A program made the translations under genes and the position numbers. A stretch of 64,000 bases of DNA. Source: Rhodospirillaceae bacterium. Its GTDB lineage: Bacteria > Pseudomonadota > Alphaproteobacteria > GCA-2746255. Within the stretch, counting starts at the first letter, position 1. Each line of letters begins with the position of its first letter. The notes beneath the pieces are model-generated. The model did not search any database, was not told the DNA's origin, and worked only from the letters and a program-made list of their open reading frames with translations. The DNA is taken from the NCBI GenBank assembly GCA_002746255.1, contig NVWO01000001.1, forward strand, positions 230,102 to 294,101, written 5' to 3'. Positions 1-9,486 of the stretch are shown in pieces.

Positions 1-389
1 GCATCCGCTTTTGCTTCGGGGGATCGGTTTGCCAGGGAGATGGCGAGAAAATCCGCGCTTAATTCTGCCCACGCATCCAGGTTCTTGGGGCGTGGGGTAA
101 CGCCAACGCGAAGCAGGCGACCGTTTTGAACAAGCCAGAGCAGGCCGCCATGTTCTTCGACCGCCAATGTCGGGTCGGCGTCTGAAAGCCCTTCGAGCCC
201 TTCGATTGCAAGCGCGCGCGCCGTCTTCGGTTTGATGTATTTTTCTGAAATGGCATCATAGCCCACGGCAAAGACGACCCTGGTTTCTTCCGGGGGTTGG
301 GCATCGGCAAGCCTGGGGTTGCCTGCGCAGGCCGAAAGAAAGAGAGCGGCCAGAAACGCCGAAAGAAGGCCCTGCCATCGTGTTCCCAT
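1..389 (-). CDS. putative lipoprotein, N-terminal part only (gene runs off the left edge); possibly S41 peptidase-like
   Basis: My own minus-strand translation from ATG at 389-387 gives MGTRWQGLLSAFLAALFLSACAGNPRLADAQ... and stays open to position 1. It has a signal peptide and a lipobox-like LSAC. It is missing from the ORF track because no stop lies inside the window. Confidence 0.4.
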   Translation of the reverse strand, partial: MGTRWQGLLSAFLAALFLSACAGNPRLADAQPPEETRVVFAVGYDAISEKYIKPKTARALAIEGLEGLSDADPTLAVEEHGGLLWLVQNGRLLRVGVTPRPKNLDAWAELSADFLAISLANRSPEAKAD

Positions 390-410
390 GGGTCTGCGCA
401 TGGGAGAATG

Positions 411-2675
411 TTAGCGTTTTCGGCGGGTCTGCGTGGTCTTTTTCTGGGAGCGGCGCTTTCGCCGCCGGTTGCCGCCAGGGGTGTTTCCGGTTTTTCCGGG
501 CGTACCGCCTTCGATGAGGGCGAAAAGAAGGTTTCCCGTCACCACATTTGCTTCTACCAGTTTTACCCGGATACGGTCGCCCAAACGGAAGGTAAGGCCG
601 CTTTGTTCGCCGGTAAGGCAGTGATGGACCTCGTCATGGGTGAAACGTTCCCAACCCAGCGTGCGCGCCGGAATGAACCCGTCGGCGCCGGTATCGTCCA
701 GGGTTACGAAAAGCCCAAACCGCGTGACGCCATTCAGCTGGCCTGAAAATTCGGCGCCGACGCGTTCCTCAAGAAAGCGCGTCGCATAACGGTCCAGCGC
801 ATCGCGTTCGGCCGTTGACGCCCGGCGCTCGGTCAGGGAAATATGCTCGCCGATTTCTGCCAGTCGGCTTTCCACCTTCGTCCCCAACCCATCTGTGCCA
901 AAACGAAGCGCGCGGATCAGCGCGCGGTGAACGATCAGATCGGCATAGCGGCGTATGGGGGATGTGAAATGGCAATAACGCGATAATGCCAACCCGAAAT
1001 GGCCATGATTTTTGGGCAGATATTCCGCCTTGGACTGGCTGCGCAAGACGGCCAGATTGACGATTGCCGCATGGGGTGTGCCGGCGGCTTGCTGAAGGAT
1101 GCGATTGAAATGCTGCGGGCGCAGCACCTGTCCCTTCGCCAGGCGAATGTCGAGGGAGGAAAGAAATTCCCGAAGCGGTTCCAGTTTGCCCGGCTGCGGG
1201 GCGTCGTGGACGCGATACATGCAAGGTGTGCGGTGTTTTTCCAGGGTTTCGGCGGCGGCGACGTTCGCCAGAATCATAAATTCCTCAATCAGGCGATGGC
1301 TGTCGAAACGCAAGACCGTCTCGATGGTGGCGGGGTTGCCGGCCTCGTCGAGGGTCAATTTCCGTTCCGGCATGTCAAACTCGATCGTGCCGCGGGCGGC
1401 ACGCGCCTTTTTGAGGGCACGATAGGCCCCGTAAAGCGGTCGCAGAACGTTTTCGAGAAGTGGTTCTGTGGTTGCGTCGGAGAAGCCGTCCTCGGCGCGC
1501 TGGACCTGTTCGTAGGTCAGCCTGGCGGCGGAACGCATCAGGCCGCGCTGGAATTCATGGCGAAGCAACTGGCCGTCGCCATCAATCCACATGTGAACGG
1601 CAAGGCAGGAGCGGTCTTCCTCGGGCTTTAACGAGCACCATCCGTTTGAAAGCGGTTCGGGCAACATCGGCACCACCTGGTCTGGAAAGTAGACCGAGTT
1701 GCCGCGTTCAAAAGCGGTGCGATCCAGCGCATCGTCCTCGCGGACGTAATGGGCAACGTCGGCAATGGCGACAAGCAGGTGCCAATAGCCAGGCTTTTCC
1801 GGATCCGCTTCCGCCCAGATGGCGTCGTCGAAATCGCGCGCGTCGGCGCCATCGATTGTCACCAGCGGAATCGCGCGAAGGTCGGTCCGGTTTTTTTCTT
1901 TGGCCGGGCCGGCGCGTTCGGCAAGAGCAAGTGCTTCCGTTGGAAATTCCGTCGGGATGTCGTGGCTTTGAATGGCGATCCGGCTGATGGCCTTGGGTGC
2001 CCGCAAGGGGCCGAAGGCTTCGACAACGCGGGCATCGCGGACCCGGTGGCCGCTGTGGAGCACTTCGGCGAGGACAAGGTCGCCATCGTGCGCGCCGTTC
2101 ATGTCGCGCTGGCGGATGACATAGGCATGTTTGTGGCGGCGATCCGTCGGGTTCAGGCGGTACCCCGCGCGCGCGCCACGGGTTTCCTTCTCCAGAACAC
2201 CGAGAATGCGGTCGGGCGCGGCACCAATGCGGCGAATGATGTGCGCCGTATAGCTGCCGTCCGTCGTTTGGCGGACGCGCGCGAGGATGCGTTCGCCGGG
2301 CCAAAGGGCCGCGCGCCCCCGCCGTTCCATCGCCACATAGACTGGCGGCGGTGGCTCATCCTCTTTCCAGGAGAGGGGACGCGCCAGCACCTCGCCATCG
2401 GAATCCGTGCCGGTAATTTCGAGAACGGCGACGGCGGGAAGCCCATCCGACACGATGAAATGCCGGTTAGCCCCACGCGTGATCTGGCCTTCCGCCATCA
2501 TCTCTTTGAGGACGGCCTTTAGTTTGATGCCGGCGTTTCCGGAAAGCTGAAAGGCGCGGCCAATCTCCCGTTTGCCGACCGGCGAGGAGCTTTCCCGGAT
2601 GAATTCCAGAATTTCTTCTTTGTCGGGGAAGTGGGTGGGAGAGCTGGTTTTGGCGGACATTTTGTCTTCCCCCAT
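411..2675 (-). CDS. rnr: ribonuclease R (RNase II/R family exoribonuclease)
   Basis: 754-aa ORF with an RNB-domain signature (TIDGADARDFDDAIWAE), a C-terminal S1-like region and a basic tail. Its start abuts the topA stop with no spacer. Confidence 0.9.
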   Translation of the reverse strand: MGEDKMSAKTSSPTHFPDKEEILEFIRESSSPVGKREIGRAFQLSGNAGIKLKAVLKEMMAEGQITRGANRHFIVSDGLPAVAVLEITGTDSDGEVLARPLSWKEDEPPPPVYVAMERRGRAALWPGERILARVRQTTDGSYTAHIIRRIGAAPDRILGVLEKETRGARAGYRLNPTDRRHKHAYVIRQRDMNGAHDGDLVLAEVLHSGHRVRDARVVEAFGPLRAPKAISRIAIQSHDIPTEFPTEALALAERAGPAKEKNRTDLRAIPLVTIDGADARDFDDAIWAEADPEKPGYWHLLVAIADVAHYVREDDALDRTAFERGNSVYFPDQVVPMLPEPLSNGWCSLKPEEDRSCLAVHMWIDGDGQLLRHEFQRGLMRSAARLTYEQVQRAEDGFSDATTEPLLENVLRPLYGAYRALKKARAARGTIEFDMPERKLTLDEAGNPATIETVLRFDSHRLIEEFMILANVAAAETLEKHRTPCMYRVHDAPQPGKLEPLREFLSSLDIRLAKGQVLRPQHFNRILQQAAGTPHAAIVNLAVLRSQSKAEYLPKNHGHFGLALSRYCHFTSPIRRYADLIVHRALIRALRFGTDGLGTKVESRLAEIGEHISLTERRASTAERDALDRYATRFLEERVGAEFSGQLNGVTRFGLFVTLDDTGADGFIPARTLGWERFTHDEVHHCLTGEQSGLTFRLGDRIRVKLVEANVVTGNLLFALIEGGTPGKTGNTPGGNRRRKRRSQKKTTQTRRKR

Positions 2676-5318
2676 TCAGGTGGAAGAGGCCGGGGTGTTG
2701 CTTGGCGTTTTTTTCTTCGCGGCTTTCTTTTTTGCGGTTTTTTTCTTCGCGGTTTTTTTCTTCGCGGCTTTCTTTTTTGCGGTTTTTTTCTTCGCCGGGC
2801 CTTTTTTCTTCATGCGTTCCGCACGCGCCGCCAGCAGCGGCAAGGCTTGTTCCAGGGTCAGCGTTTCGAGATTGTGGTCCTTTGGAATGGTGGCATTTAT
2901 TTTGCCATGTTTTACATAAGGCCCGTAGCGTCCCTTGTGGACGGTGACCGGCTTGGCATCTTCCGGGTGGTCGCCAAGGGTGCGCAGCGCCGCTGCCGCC
3001 TGTTGTCGGGCAGGCGCCGTTGCCAGCAAATCGACGGCCCGGTTCAGGCCGATTGTCAGCACGTCCTCGACGCTTGGCAGGGAGCGGTATTTCTTTTCAT
3101 GCTGGAGATAGGGGCCATAGCGCCCGAGCCCGGCCAGAATCGGTTCGCCGGTTTCCGGGTGCTTGCCGATTTCCCGGGGCAGATACAGCAATTTAAGCGC
3201 GAATTCGAGGTCGATGTCGGCGGGGGAACGGTCCGGTGGCAGGGAAACCCGTTTCGGTTTGTCGCCCTTTTCCCGGGCTTCCCCCAATTGCAGGTAAAGC
3301 CCGTAGGGCCCCTTGCGCAGGGTGACGCTGTCGCCGGATTTCGGGTCTTTGCCCAATTCAAGCGGGCCATCCAATATGACCGCGTCCTTGCCTTGCACGA
3401 CATCGGCAAGCTGGCGCGTATAGGCACATTCCGGATAGCCCGAACAGCCAACGAAGGCACCGAATTTTCCAAGCTTCAAGCCGAGCCGCCCATCGCCGCA
3501 GGATGGGCAGCGGCGCGGATTCGTGCCGGTGTCGGTTTCCGGGAAAAAATGGGGACCAAGCGCTTCGTCCAGCGCGTCGAGGACATTGGTGATTGTCAGG
3601 TTCTTCGTCTCGGCAATGGCTTTTTCGAAATGTGTCCAGAAATCATGCAGGAGCTGTTTCCAATTGGTTTGACCGCTGGAAACGCTGTCGAGCTGATCCT
3701 CGAGGTCGGCTGTGAAGTTATATTGAACGTAGCGTTCGAAAAAACTTTCGAGAAACGTAGTCACCAATCTGCCGCGATCTTCGGGAACAAACCGCTTCTT
3801 GTCGAGGAGGACGTAATCGCGGTCCTGAAGGACCGAAATAATCGACGCGTAAGTCGAGGGTCGGCCAATGCCCAGTTCTTCAAGCCGTTTGACGAGGCTG
3901 GCTTCTGAATAGCGCGGCGGCGGTTGGGTAAAATGCTGCTCCGGCAGGATGGTCTTTTTCGGGAGTGGGTCTTTCAGTTCCACCTTTGGAAGACGGACGC
4001 CGTCTTCTTCCTCACCCGGTTCGTCGCGGCCTTCCTGGTAAAGCTTCAGGAACCCATCGAAGGCGACGACGGAGCCGGTGGCACGAAAGACATCCTTTTC
4101 ATCGGGGGTCGCAATGTCGATGGCCACCTGGTCAAACAGCGCGCTTTCCATTTGGCTGGCCATCGTGCGCTTCCAGATAAGTCCGTAGAGTTTTGCCTGA
4201 TCCGAATCGAGAAATTTTGCAACGCTTTCAGGCCGTTGCCGGAAGGCCGTCGGTCGGATTGCTTCATGGGCCTCTTGCGCGTTCTTCGCTTTGCTTTTGT
4301 GGACGCGTGGGGCGCTTGGCAGATAGCTTTGGCCATAGTCGCTGGCGATGGCGTCACGGCTGGCGGCGAGGGCTTCTTTTCCGATCTGGACGCTGTCGGT
4401 ACGCATATAGGTGATTAGACCGACCGTCTCGCCGGCGATGTTCACGCCTTCATAAAGCCGCTGCGCGACGCTCATCGTATGCCGGGTGGTAAAGCCGAGC
4501 TTGCGGGAAGCTTCCTGTTGCAACGTCGATGTCGTGAAGGGGGGCGGGGGGTGCCGGTGGACCCGCTTGCGCCCGATGTTCGCGACAGCGAAATCGTACG
4601 GTTGCAGGCGTTCCAGAGCCGCCTTTGCTTCGGCTTCCGTCTGGAGACTAAATTTTTCGAGCTTGTTGCCGCTTAGCTGCGTCAGTTTCGCCGACAGTTT
4701 TTCACCTGCCGCCGTTTCGAACGTGGCTTCGATCGTCCAGTATTCCCGGGGCTTGAAGATTTCGATTTCCGCTTCCCGCTCGCAGATTAAACGCAGCGCC
4801 ACGGATTGCACGCGGCCCGCCGAACGGCTTCCGGGCAGCTTTCGCCAAAGCACCGGGGATAGCGTAAAGCCGACCAGGTAATCGAGCGCGCGCCGGGCCA
4901 GGTAGGAATCGACGAGTTTGTGGTCCAGTTCGCGCGGGTGCTGCATCGCTTCCAGCACGGCCGATTTCGTGATTTCGTGAAAGGCGACGCGATGCACCGT
5001 GGTTTTTTTAAGGGCGTTGCGTTCTTTGAGAACTTCCAGGATGTGCCACGCGATGGCCTCGCCTTCGCGATCCGGATCCGTTGCAAGATACAGGTGATCG
5101 ACGTTCTTGGCGGCCTTGACGATATCGGCGATGCGTTTTTCGGATTTGTCATCGACGGCCCAGCGCATGGCGAAGTCTTCCCCGGGGAGGACCGAGCCTG
5201 CCTTGTTGATCAGATCGCGCACATGGCCATAGCTGGCGATGACCTGATAGTCCGCGCCGAGATATTTGTTAATGGTCTTCGCCTTGGCGGGCGATTCAAC
5301 GACAACAAGTCTCATCAA
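2676..5318 (-). CDS. topA: DNA topoisomerase I (type IA)
   Basis: 880-aa ORF. N-terminus MRLVVVESPAKAKTINKYLG is a Toprim signature. It also has the type IA core, C-terminal Cys motifs (CPSCG, CSGYPEC) and a lysine-rich tail. Confidence 0.95.
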   Translation of the reverse strand: MMRLVVVESPAKAKTINKYLGADYQVIASYGHVRDLINKAGSVLPGEDFAMRWAVDDKSEKRIADIVKAAKNVDHLYLATDPDREGEAIAWHILEVLKERNALKKTTVHRVAFHEITKSAVLEAMQHPRELDHKLVDSYLARRALDYLVGFTLSPVLWRKLPGSRSAGRVQSVALRLICEREAEIEIFKPREYWTIEATFETAAGEKLSAKLTQLSGNKLEKFSLQTEAEAKAALERLQPYDFAVANIGRKRVHRHPPPPFTTSTLQQEASRKLGFTTRHTMSVAQRLYEGVNIAGETVGLITYMRTDSVQIGKEALAASRDAIASDYGQSYLPSAPRVHKSKAKNAQEAHEAIRPTAFRQRPESVAKFLDSDQAKLYGLIWKRTMASQMESALFDQVAIDIATPDEKDVFRATGSVVAFDGFLKLYQEGRDEPGEEEDGVRLPKVELKDPLPKKTILPEQHFTQPPPRYSEASLVKRLEELGIGRPSTYASIISVLQDRDYVLLDKKRFVPEDRGRLVTTFLESFFERYVQYNFTADLEDQLDSVSSGQTNWKQLLHDFWTHFEKAIAETKNLTITNVLDALDEALGPHFFPETDTGTNPRRCPSCGDGRLGLKLGKFGAFVGCSGYPECAYTRQLADVVQGKDAVILDGPLELGKDPKSGDSVTLRKGPYGLYLQLGEAREKGDKPKRVSLPPDRSPADIDLEFALKLLYLPREIGKHPETGEPILAGLGRYGPYLQHEKKYRSLPSVEDVLTIGLNRAVDLLATAPARQQAAAALRTLGDHPEDAKPVTVHKGRYGPYVKHGKINATIPKDHNLETLTLEQALPLLAARAERMKKKGPAKKKTAKKKAAKKKTAKKKTAKKKAAKKKTPSNTPASST
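2706..2795. repeat. tandem 15-bp repeats (two alternating unit types) inside the topA 3-prime end
   Basis: Units gtttttttcttcgcg and gctttcttttttgcg alternate about six times. They encode the KKKTA/KKKAA repeats of the TopA C-terminal tail. Confidence 0.85.
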
Positions 5319-5362
5319 ACATCAACCAGAGCTGAGAAAACGAAAAAAACCCAAGCTTCCCG

Positions 5363-6490
5363 CTATAGAGAGAGCAATGACACCTGATTTCCGGGATGAC
5401 GTTCGAGGCGGCCTGCAAGCTCTAGTTCGAGAAGAACCGTCGATAGAATGGGGAGAGACATTTGGCATTGCCGAAGGATTTCGTCAACCATTACTGGTGA
5501 GGGCCCAAGCATTTCCAGCACTTCTTCGCGGGATTGGGCGATTTCAAGCTCGTCTGGTGGTGATGCGGCGGGGGCCCGGAGAGGCTGGGGTTTCCGCTCT
5601 TCCAGGGGCCTGCGAAGGCGGCCTTCAAGGGCCGCGATGACGTCTTCGGCATTTTCCGTGAGCACGGCACCTTCGCGGATGAGATGGTTGACGCCATGGG
5701 CGCGCGGGTCCAGCGGCGAGCCCGGCACCGCAAAAACCTCGCGGCCCTGCTCCAAGGCCATCCGCGCCGTAATCAGGGAACCGGATTTGAGCGCCGCTTC
5801 GATGACGAGAACCCCAAGCGAAAGGCCGGAAACCAGACGGTTTCGCCTTGGGAAATGTCGGGCCTGGGGGGGCGTGCCGAGGGGTTGTTCGGAAAGCAGG
5901 ACGCCTTCTTCGGCGATGCGCTCGTAAAGCTTCGTGTTTTCCTGGGGGTAGATGATATCAACGCCGCCTGCCTGTACGGCGGCGGTTCCCATGGCAAGGC
6001 CACCTGCATGGGCGGCGGTATCGATGCCGCGTGCAAGGCCCGAGACGATCAGAAAGCCCTTTTTCCCAAGTTCCGCCGCCATCTTTTCTGCAAATCGCCG
6101 CCCATTCGCCGACGCGTTCCGTGCGCCGACGATTGCTACGGCGGGTTTTTCGAAAAGATGCGGATGCCCGCGAAGGCTTAGGACCGGTGGCGGATCATAA
6201 ATCTGTGCGAGATTGGGCGGATAGTCCGGTTCGCCAAAGGCAACGAGGCGCATTCCCAGCTTTTCATGGGCGTCCATCTCGCGTTGCGCCGCCGCCTTTG
6301 GGCAAATGGCGATTGGCTTGCGCCGTCCGCCATGGAGGGCAAGCTTTGGCACCGCTTCCAGCGCCGCCGCTGCCGTGCCATAGGCCTCAAGCAGTTTAAA
6401 AAAGGTGATTGGGCCAATGTTTTCGCTTCGAATAAGTCGCAGCCAGTCGAGACGCGCGGTGTCGGAGAGGCTTTTTTGTTGTGCTTGCAT
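5363..6490 (-). CDS. dprA: DNA processing protein DprA
   Basis: 375-aa ORF with the DprA Rossmann-like core (IVSGLARGIDTAAH) and a C-terminal winged-helix-like region. Confidence 0.9.
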   Translation of the reverse strand: MQAQQKSLSDTARLDWLRLIRSENIGPITFFKLLEAYGTAAAALEAVPKLALHGGRRKPIAICPKAAAQREMDAHEKLGMRLVAFGEPDYPPNLAQIYDPPPVLSLRGHPHLFEKPAVAIVGARNASANGRRFAEKMAAELGKKGFLIVSGLARGIDTAAHAGGLAMGTAAVQAGGVDIIYPQENTKLYERIAEEGVLLSEQPLGTPPQARHFPRRNRLVSGLSLGVLVIEAALKSGSLITARMALEQGREVFAVPGSPLDPRAHGVNHLIREGAVLTENAEDVIAALEGRLRRPLEERKPQPLRAPAASPPDELEIAQSREEVLEMLGPSPVMVDEILRQCQMSLPILSTVLLELELAGRLERHPGNQVSLLSL

Positions 6491-6492
6491 TT

Positions 6493-7113
6493 TTACGAAT
6501 CCGAATGTGAAGCGGCACCGATTTTCGGTTCGATGCCACGGATCAGCCGATAGATGTTTTCATGGTGGTGCAGAAAGACGAAAGCGGCGGCCACAATTGC
6601 AAAGACGGCTAATTGCAGGTCTTCGAAAATGAAGCTGGAAATCGGCGCGGTTCCAATGGCGACAAGCGCCGCCAGCGAGGAATAACGGAAAAGAAAGGCA
6701 ATCAGCAGCCAGACCGCACAGGCGAGAACCCCGACCATTGGGGAAAGCATCAAGAGGACGCCCAGGGTTGTTGAGACGCCCTTGCCGCCATGGAAACGGA
6801 GCCAGACCGGAAACAGATGGCCGAGAATAGCAGCGCCACCGCCGATGACGCCCGCTGCAGGGTCGATGGCCTGTCCGATGGCAATGGCCAGCGCCCCCTT
6901 TGCGCCATCAAGCAGAAGGGTGAGAAAGGCCAGCAGTTTCGATCCGCTGCGCAGGACATTTGTCGCGCCGATATTGCCGGAGCCGATTTTCTGGATATCA
7001 CCCCGGCCGGTAAAACGGGTAAGCAACAGTCCAAAAGGGATTGAGCCAAGCAGGTAACCAACTGCAAGTGTTATCAAAAACGTATTCGTAGAAATTTCCA
7101 GCAAGGCCGCCAT
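6493..7113 (-). CDS. plsY: glycerol-3-phosphate acyltransferase PlsY
   Basis: PlsY motifs are present (GYLLGSIPFG, GSGNIGATN) and the protein is multi-TM. I chose the internal ATG at 7113 (MAALLEIS...) because the 265-aa track ORF would overlap the upstream pyrC-like gene with a non-homologous extension. Confidence 0.85.
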   Translation of the reverse strand: MAALLEISTNTFLITLAVGYLLGSIPFGLLLTRFTGRGDIQKIGSGNIGATNVLRSGSKLLAFLTLLLDGAKGALAIAIGQAIDPAAGVIGGGAAILGHLFPVWLRFHGGKGVSTTLGVLLMLSPMVGVLACAVWLLIAFLFRYSSLAALVAIGTAPISSFIFEDLQLAVFAIVAAAFVFLHHHENIYRLIRGIEPKIGAASHSDS

Positions 7114-7114
7114 C

Positions 7115-8461
7115 CTAATTTTTGCGAACGAAGACGGTTCGTCCGGCGGCGACCGTTTGAAGCACGGCGCCCTGTATGGGGCGCCCGTCGAAAGGCGAAT
7201 TTTTGGACTTGCTCTGGAAACTTTCGACGTCGATCTTGCCGGGCTTTTCCAGATCGAAGAGGACGAGGTCGGCGGGCGCGCCCTTGGCAAGGATGCCGGC
7301 GTTCAGACGGAAAATGCGTGCCGGGGCGCAAGTGAGTGCCTCCAGGGCACGCAGTAGCGGCAGGGTGCCATTGTGAAAAAGTTCCAGAGTCAATGGCAGC
7401 AGCGTTTCAAGGCCGACGATGCCGTTCTCTGCCTGAACGAAGGGCCGGCGTTTGCTGTCCTGATCGTGGGGCGCGTGGTCGCTTGCGATGGCATCGATCG
7501 TGCCGTCGCGCAAGCCGTCAAGGATCGCCAGCCGGTCGTCTTCGCTGCGAAGTGGTGGAGAAATCTTGGAAAAGGTTCGGTAATCGCCGACGGCGGTTTC
7601 GTTTAACGCAAAATAGGGGGGCGCGGTTTCGCATGTGACGGCAAGGCCCCGGGCCTTTGCCCGGCGCACAGCGGCGACGGCGTCCGCCGTCGAAAGATGT
7701 GCGATGTGGAGGCGTCCGCCGGTATTGGCCAACAGGGAAAGGTCGCGCTCCACAAGGATTGTCTCGGCGACGGTGGGAATGCCTGGAAGGCCGAGGCGGG
7801 TGGCCAATTCCCCTTCATTCATCGCGCCTTCTTTTGCCAGGTCCGGATCTTCGGGGTGCTGAACAAGAAGAAGATCAAAGCTGCGCGCGTAGCTGAGCGC
7901 GCGCCGGAACGTCATGGGGTTGCGAACGGCGACGGTGCCGTCGGTAAATGCGATTGCGCCGGCTTCGGCCAGCAATCCCATTTCCGCAATCTGCTCGCCG
8001 GCAAGCCCCTTCGTAATGGCCGCGTAAGGGTAGATGTTGACGAGGTTTGCTTCCTGGGCGCGGCGTTTCACCAGTTCGACGAGGGCGACGTCGTCGATGA
8101 CGGGCTGGGTGTTTGGCAGGCACAACATTGTTGTTACGCCGCCAGCGGCTGCGGCCAGGCTGGCAGTGGCGATCGTTTCTTCATGTTCGCAGCCGGGTTC
8201 GCGAAGCTGAACGCGAGCGTCGACCAGGCCGGGTGCAAGACAATGTCCGTTGCAGTCCACCTGTTCGATGCCTTCCGGTACGCCGTCTGCGAAAAGGTCC
8301 GGGCCGAGGTCGAGGATCTGCGTCCCCTCCGTCAACAGCGCGCCCAGGCAATCGCGTCCGCTCGCCGGGTCCAGCAGGCGGGCGTTGACATAGGCTGTCC
8401 GCTTGCCGTTTGCGGCTGTCCGCTTGCCGTCTGCGGCTGTCCGCTTGCCGTCTGCCGTCAT
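7115..8461 (-). CDS. pyrC: dihydroorotase-family protein, probably a non-catalytic PyrC-prime type
   Basis: 448-aa amidohydrolase/DHOase-like ORF (IASDHAPH). Its start overlaps the pyrB stop as ATGA. The usual HxH metal motif before LREPG reads ARVQ here. Confidence 0.8.
   Translation of the reverse strand: MTADGKRTAADGKRTAANGKRTAYVNARLLDPASGRDCLGALLTEGTQILDLGPDLFADGVPEGIEQVDCNGHCLAPGLVDARVQLREPGCEHEETIATASLAAAAGGVTTMLCLPNTQPVIDDVALVELVKRRAQEANLVNIYPYAAITKGLAGEQIAEMGLLAEAGAIAFTDGTVAVRNPMTFRRALSYARSFDLLLVQHPEDPDLAKEGAMNEGELATRLGLPGIPTVAETILVERDLSLLANTGGRLHIAHLSTADAVAAVRRAKARGLAVTCETAPPYFALNETAVGDYRTFSKISPPLRSEDDRLAILDGLRDGTIDAIASDHAPHDQDSKRRPFVQAENGIVGLETLLPLTLELFHNGTLPLLRALEALTCAPARIFRLNAGILAKGAPADLVLFDLEKPGKIDVESFQSKSKNSPFDGRPIQGAVLQTVAAGRTVFVRKN
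8394..8456. repeat. three tandem 21-bp repeats at the 5-prime end of the pyrC-like gene
   Basis: The unit gctgtccgcttgccgt(t/c)tgc(g/c) occurs three times. It encodes ADGKRTA-type heptad repeats ahead of the conserved YVNARLLDP start of the DHOase fold. Confidence 0.9.
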
Positions 8462-9426
8462 GACGCGGCCTTTCTGTCATTTTCGGTCGTGCCGACAAGC
8501 ATATCGAGACAGGCCATGCGCACGGCGACGCCCATTTCCACCTGTTCGTGAATGGCACTGCGTCCGATGTCGTCGGCAACTTCGCTGTCGATTTCAACGC
8601 CCCGGTTCATCGGCCCCGGATGCAGGATCAAGGCATCCGGTTTGGCGTTGGCAAGCTTTGCGGCATCAAGACCGAAGAAATGGAAATATTCCCTGGTGGA
8701 AGGGATGAAACTTCCGTTCATCCGTTCGCGTTGCAGGCGCAGCATCATAACGATGTCGCAACCTTCAAGGCCTTGGGCCATGTCATGGAAGCGTTCGACG
8801 CCCATGCGTTCGATGCCGGTTGGCAGCAGGGTCTCCGGGGCGACGACGCGCACATTTGCGCCCATCGTGTTCAACAGGTGGATGTTCGATCGCGCCACCC
8901 GGCTGTGCAGGATGTCGCCGCAGATGGCAACGCGAAGCCCCTGAAGGCGTTTTTTGCGTCGCCGGATGGTCAAGGCGTCGAGAAGAGCCTGGGTCGGGTG
9001 TTCGTGACTGCCATCGCCGGCATTGATGACCGCGCAGGTGACTTTCTCGGAAAGCAGTTTCACGGCGCCGCTATGGGGATGGCGCACAACCAGAACGTCC
9101 GGGTGCATCGCATTTAGCGTCATGGCGGTATCAAGGAGCGTTTCGCCTTTTTTGACCGCGCTTGTTGCGACGGACATGTTGATGGCATCCGCGCCCAGGC
9201 GTTTGCAGGCCAGTTCGAAAGACGTGCGTGTGCGGGTCGAGTTTTCAAAGAACAGATTGATGACCGTGCGCCCTTGCAAAAGAGAGCGCTTCTTGTTCGC
9301 CTGACGGTTCTGTTCGACGTAGGATTCGGAAAGGTCGAGGAGGCGGGAAATATCGTCCGCCAAAAGACCTTCTATGCCCAGAAGGTGTGGGTGGGGAAAG
9401 GGGGTATTGGCGGGAAACTTTGCCAT
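8458..9426 (-). CDS. pyrB: aspartate carbamoyltransferase catalytic subunit
   Basis: ATCase motifs are present ([17 protein letters not shown]). I preferred the start at [10 protein letters not shown] (9426); the track ORF extends to 9465. Confidence 0.9.
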   Translation of the reverse strand: MAKFPANTPFPHPHLLGIEGLLADDISRLLDLSESYVEQNRQANKKRSLLQGRTVINLFFENSTRTRTSFELACKRLGADAINMSVATSAVKKGETLLDTAMTLNAMHPDVLVVRHPHSGAVKLLSEKVTCAVINAGDGSHEHPTQALLDALTIRRRKKRLQGLRVAICGDILHSRVARSNIHLLNTMGANVRVVAPETLLPTGIERMGVERFHDMAQGLEGCDIVMMLRLQRERMNGSFIPSTREYFHFFGLDAAKLANAKPDALILHPGPMNRGVEIDSEVADDIGRSAIHEQVEMGVAVRMACLDMLVGTTENDRKAAS

Positions 9427-9486
9427 CGAAGCGGCACTATAGGCTGTTGCCCCCGGCTTTCGCAAGAGAGCCTAGGCGTTGATGCC

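Noticed and set aside
999-3908. Long plus-strand ORFs (999-1631, 1749-2522, 2631-3908) opposite rnr and topA
   Set aside because: These are shadow ORFs typical of GC-rich DNA. Their products are Arg/Gly/Ala-rich with no recognisable motifs, while the minus-strand products are unmistakable RNase R and TopA.
6493-7290. Full 265-aa ORF as PlsY
   Set aside because: The first 59 codons overlap the pyrC-like gene and are not PlsY-like. The internal ATG at 7113 gives a normal-length PlsY that begins 2 nt after the upstream stop.
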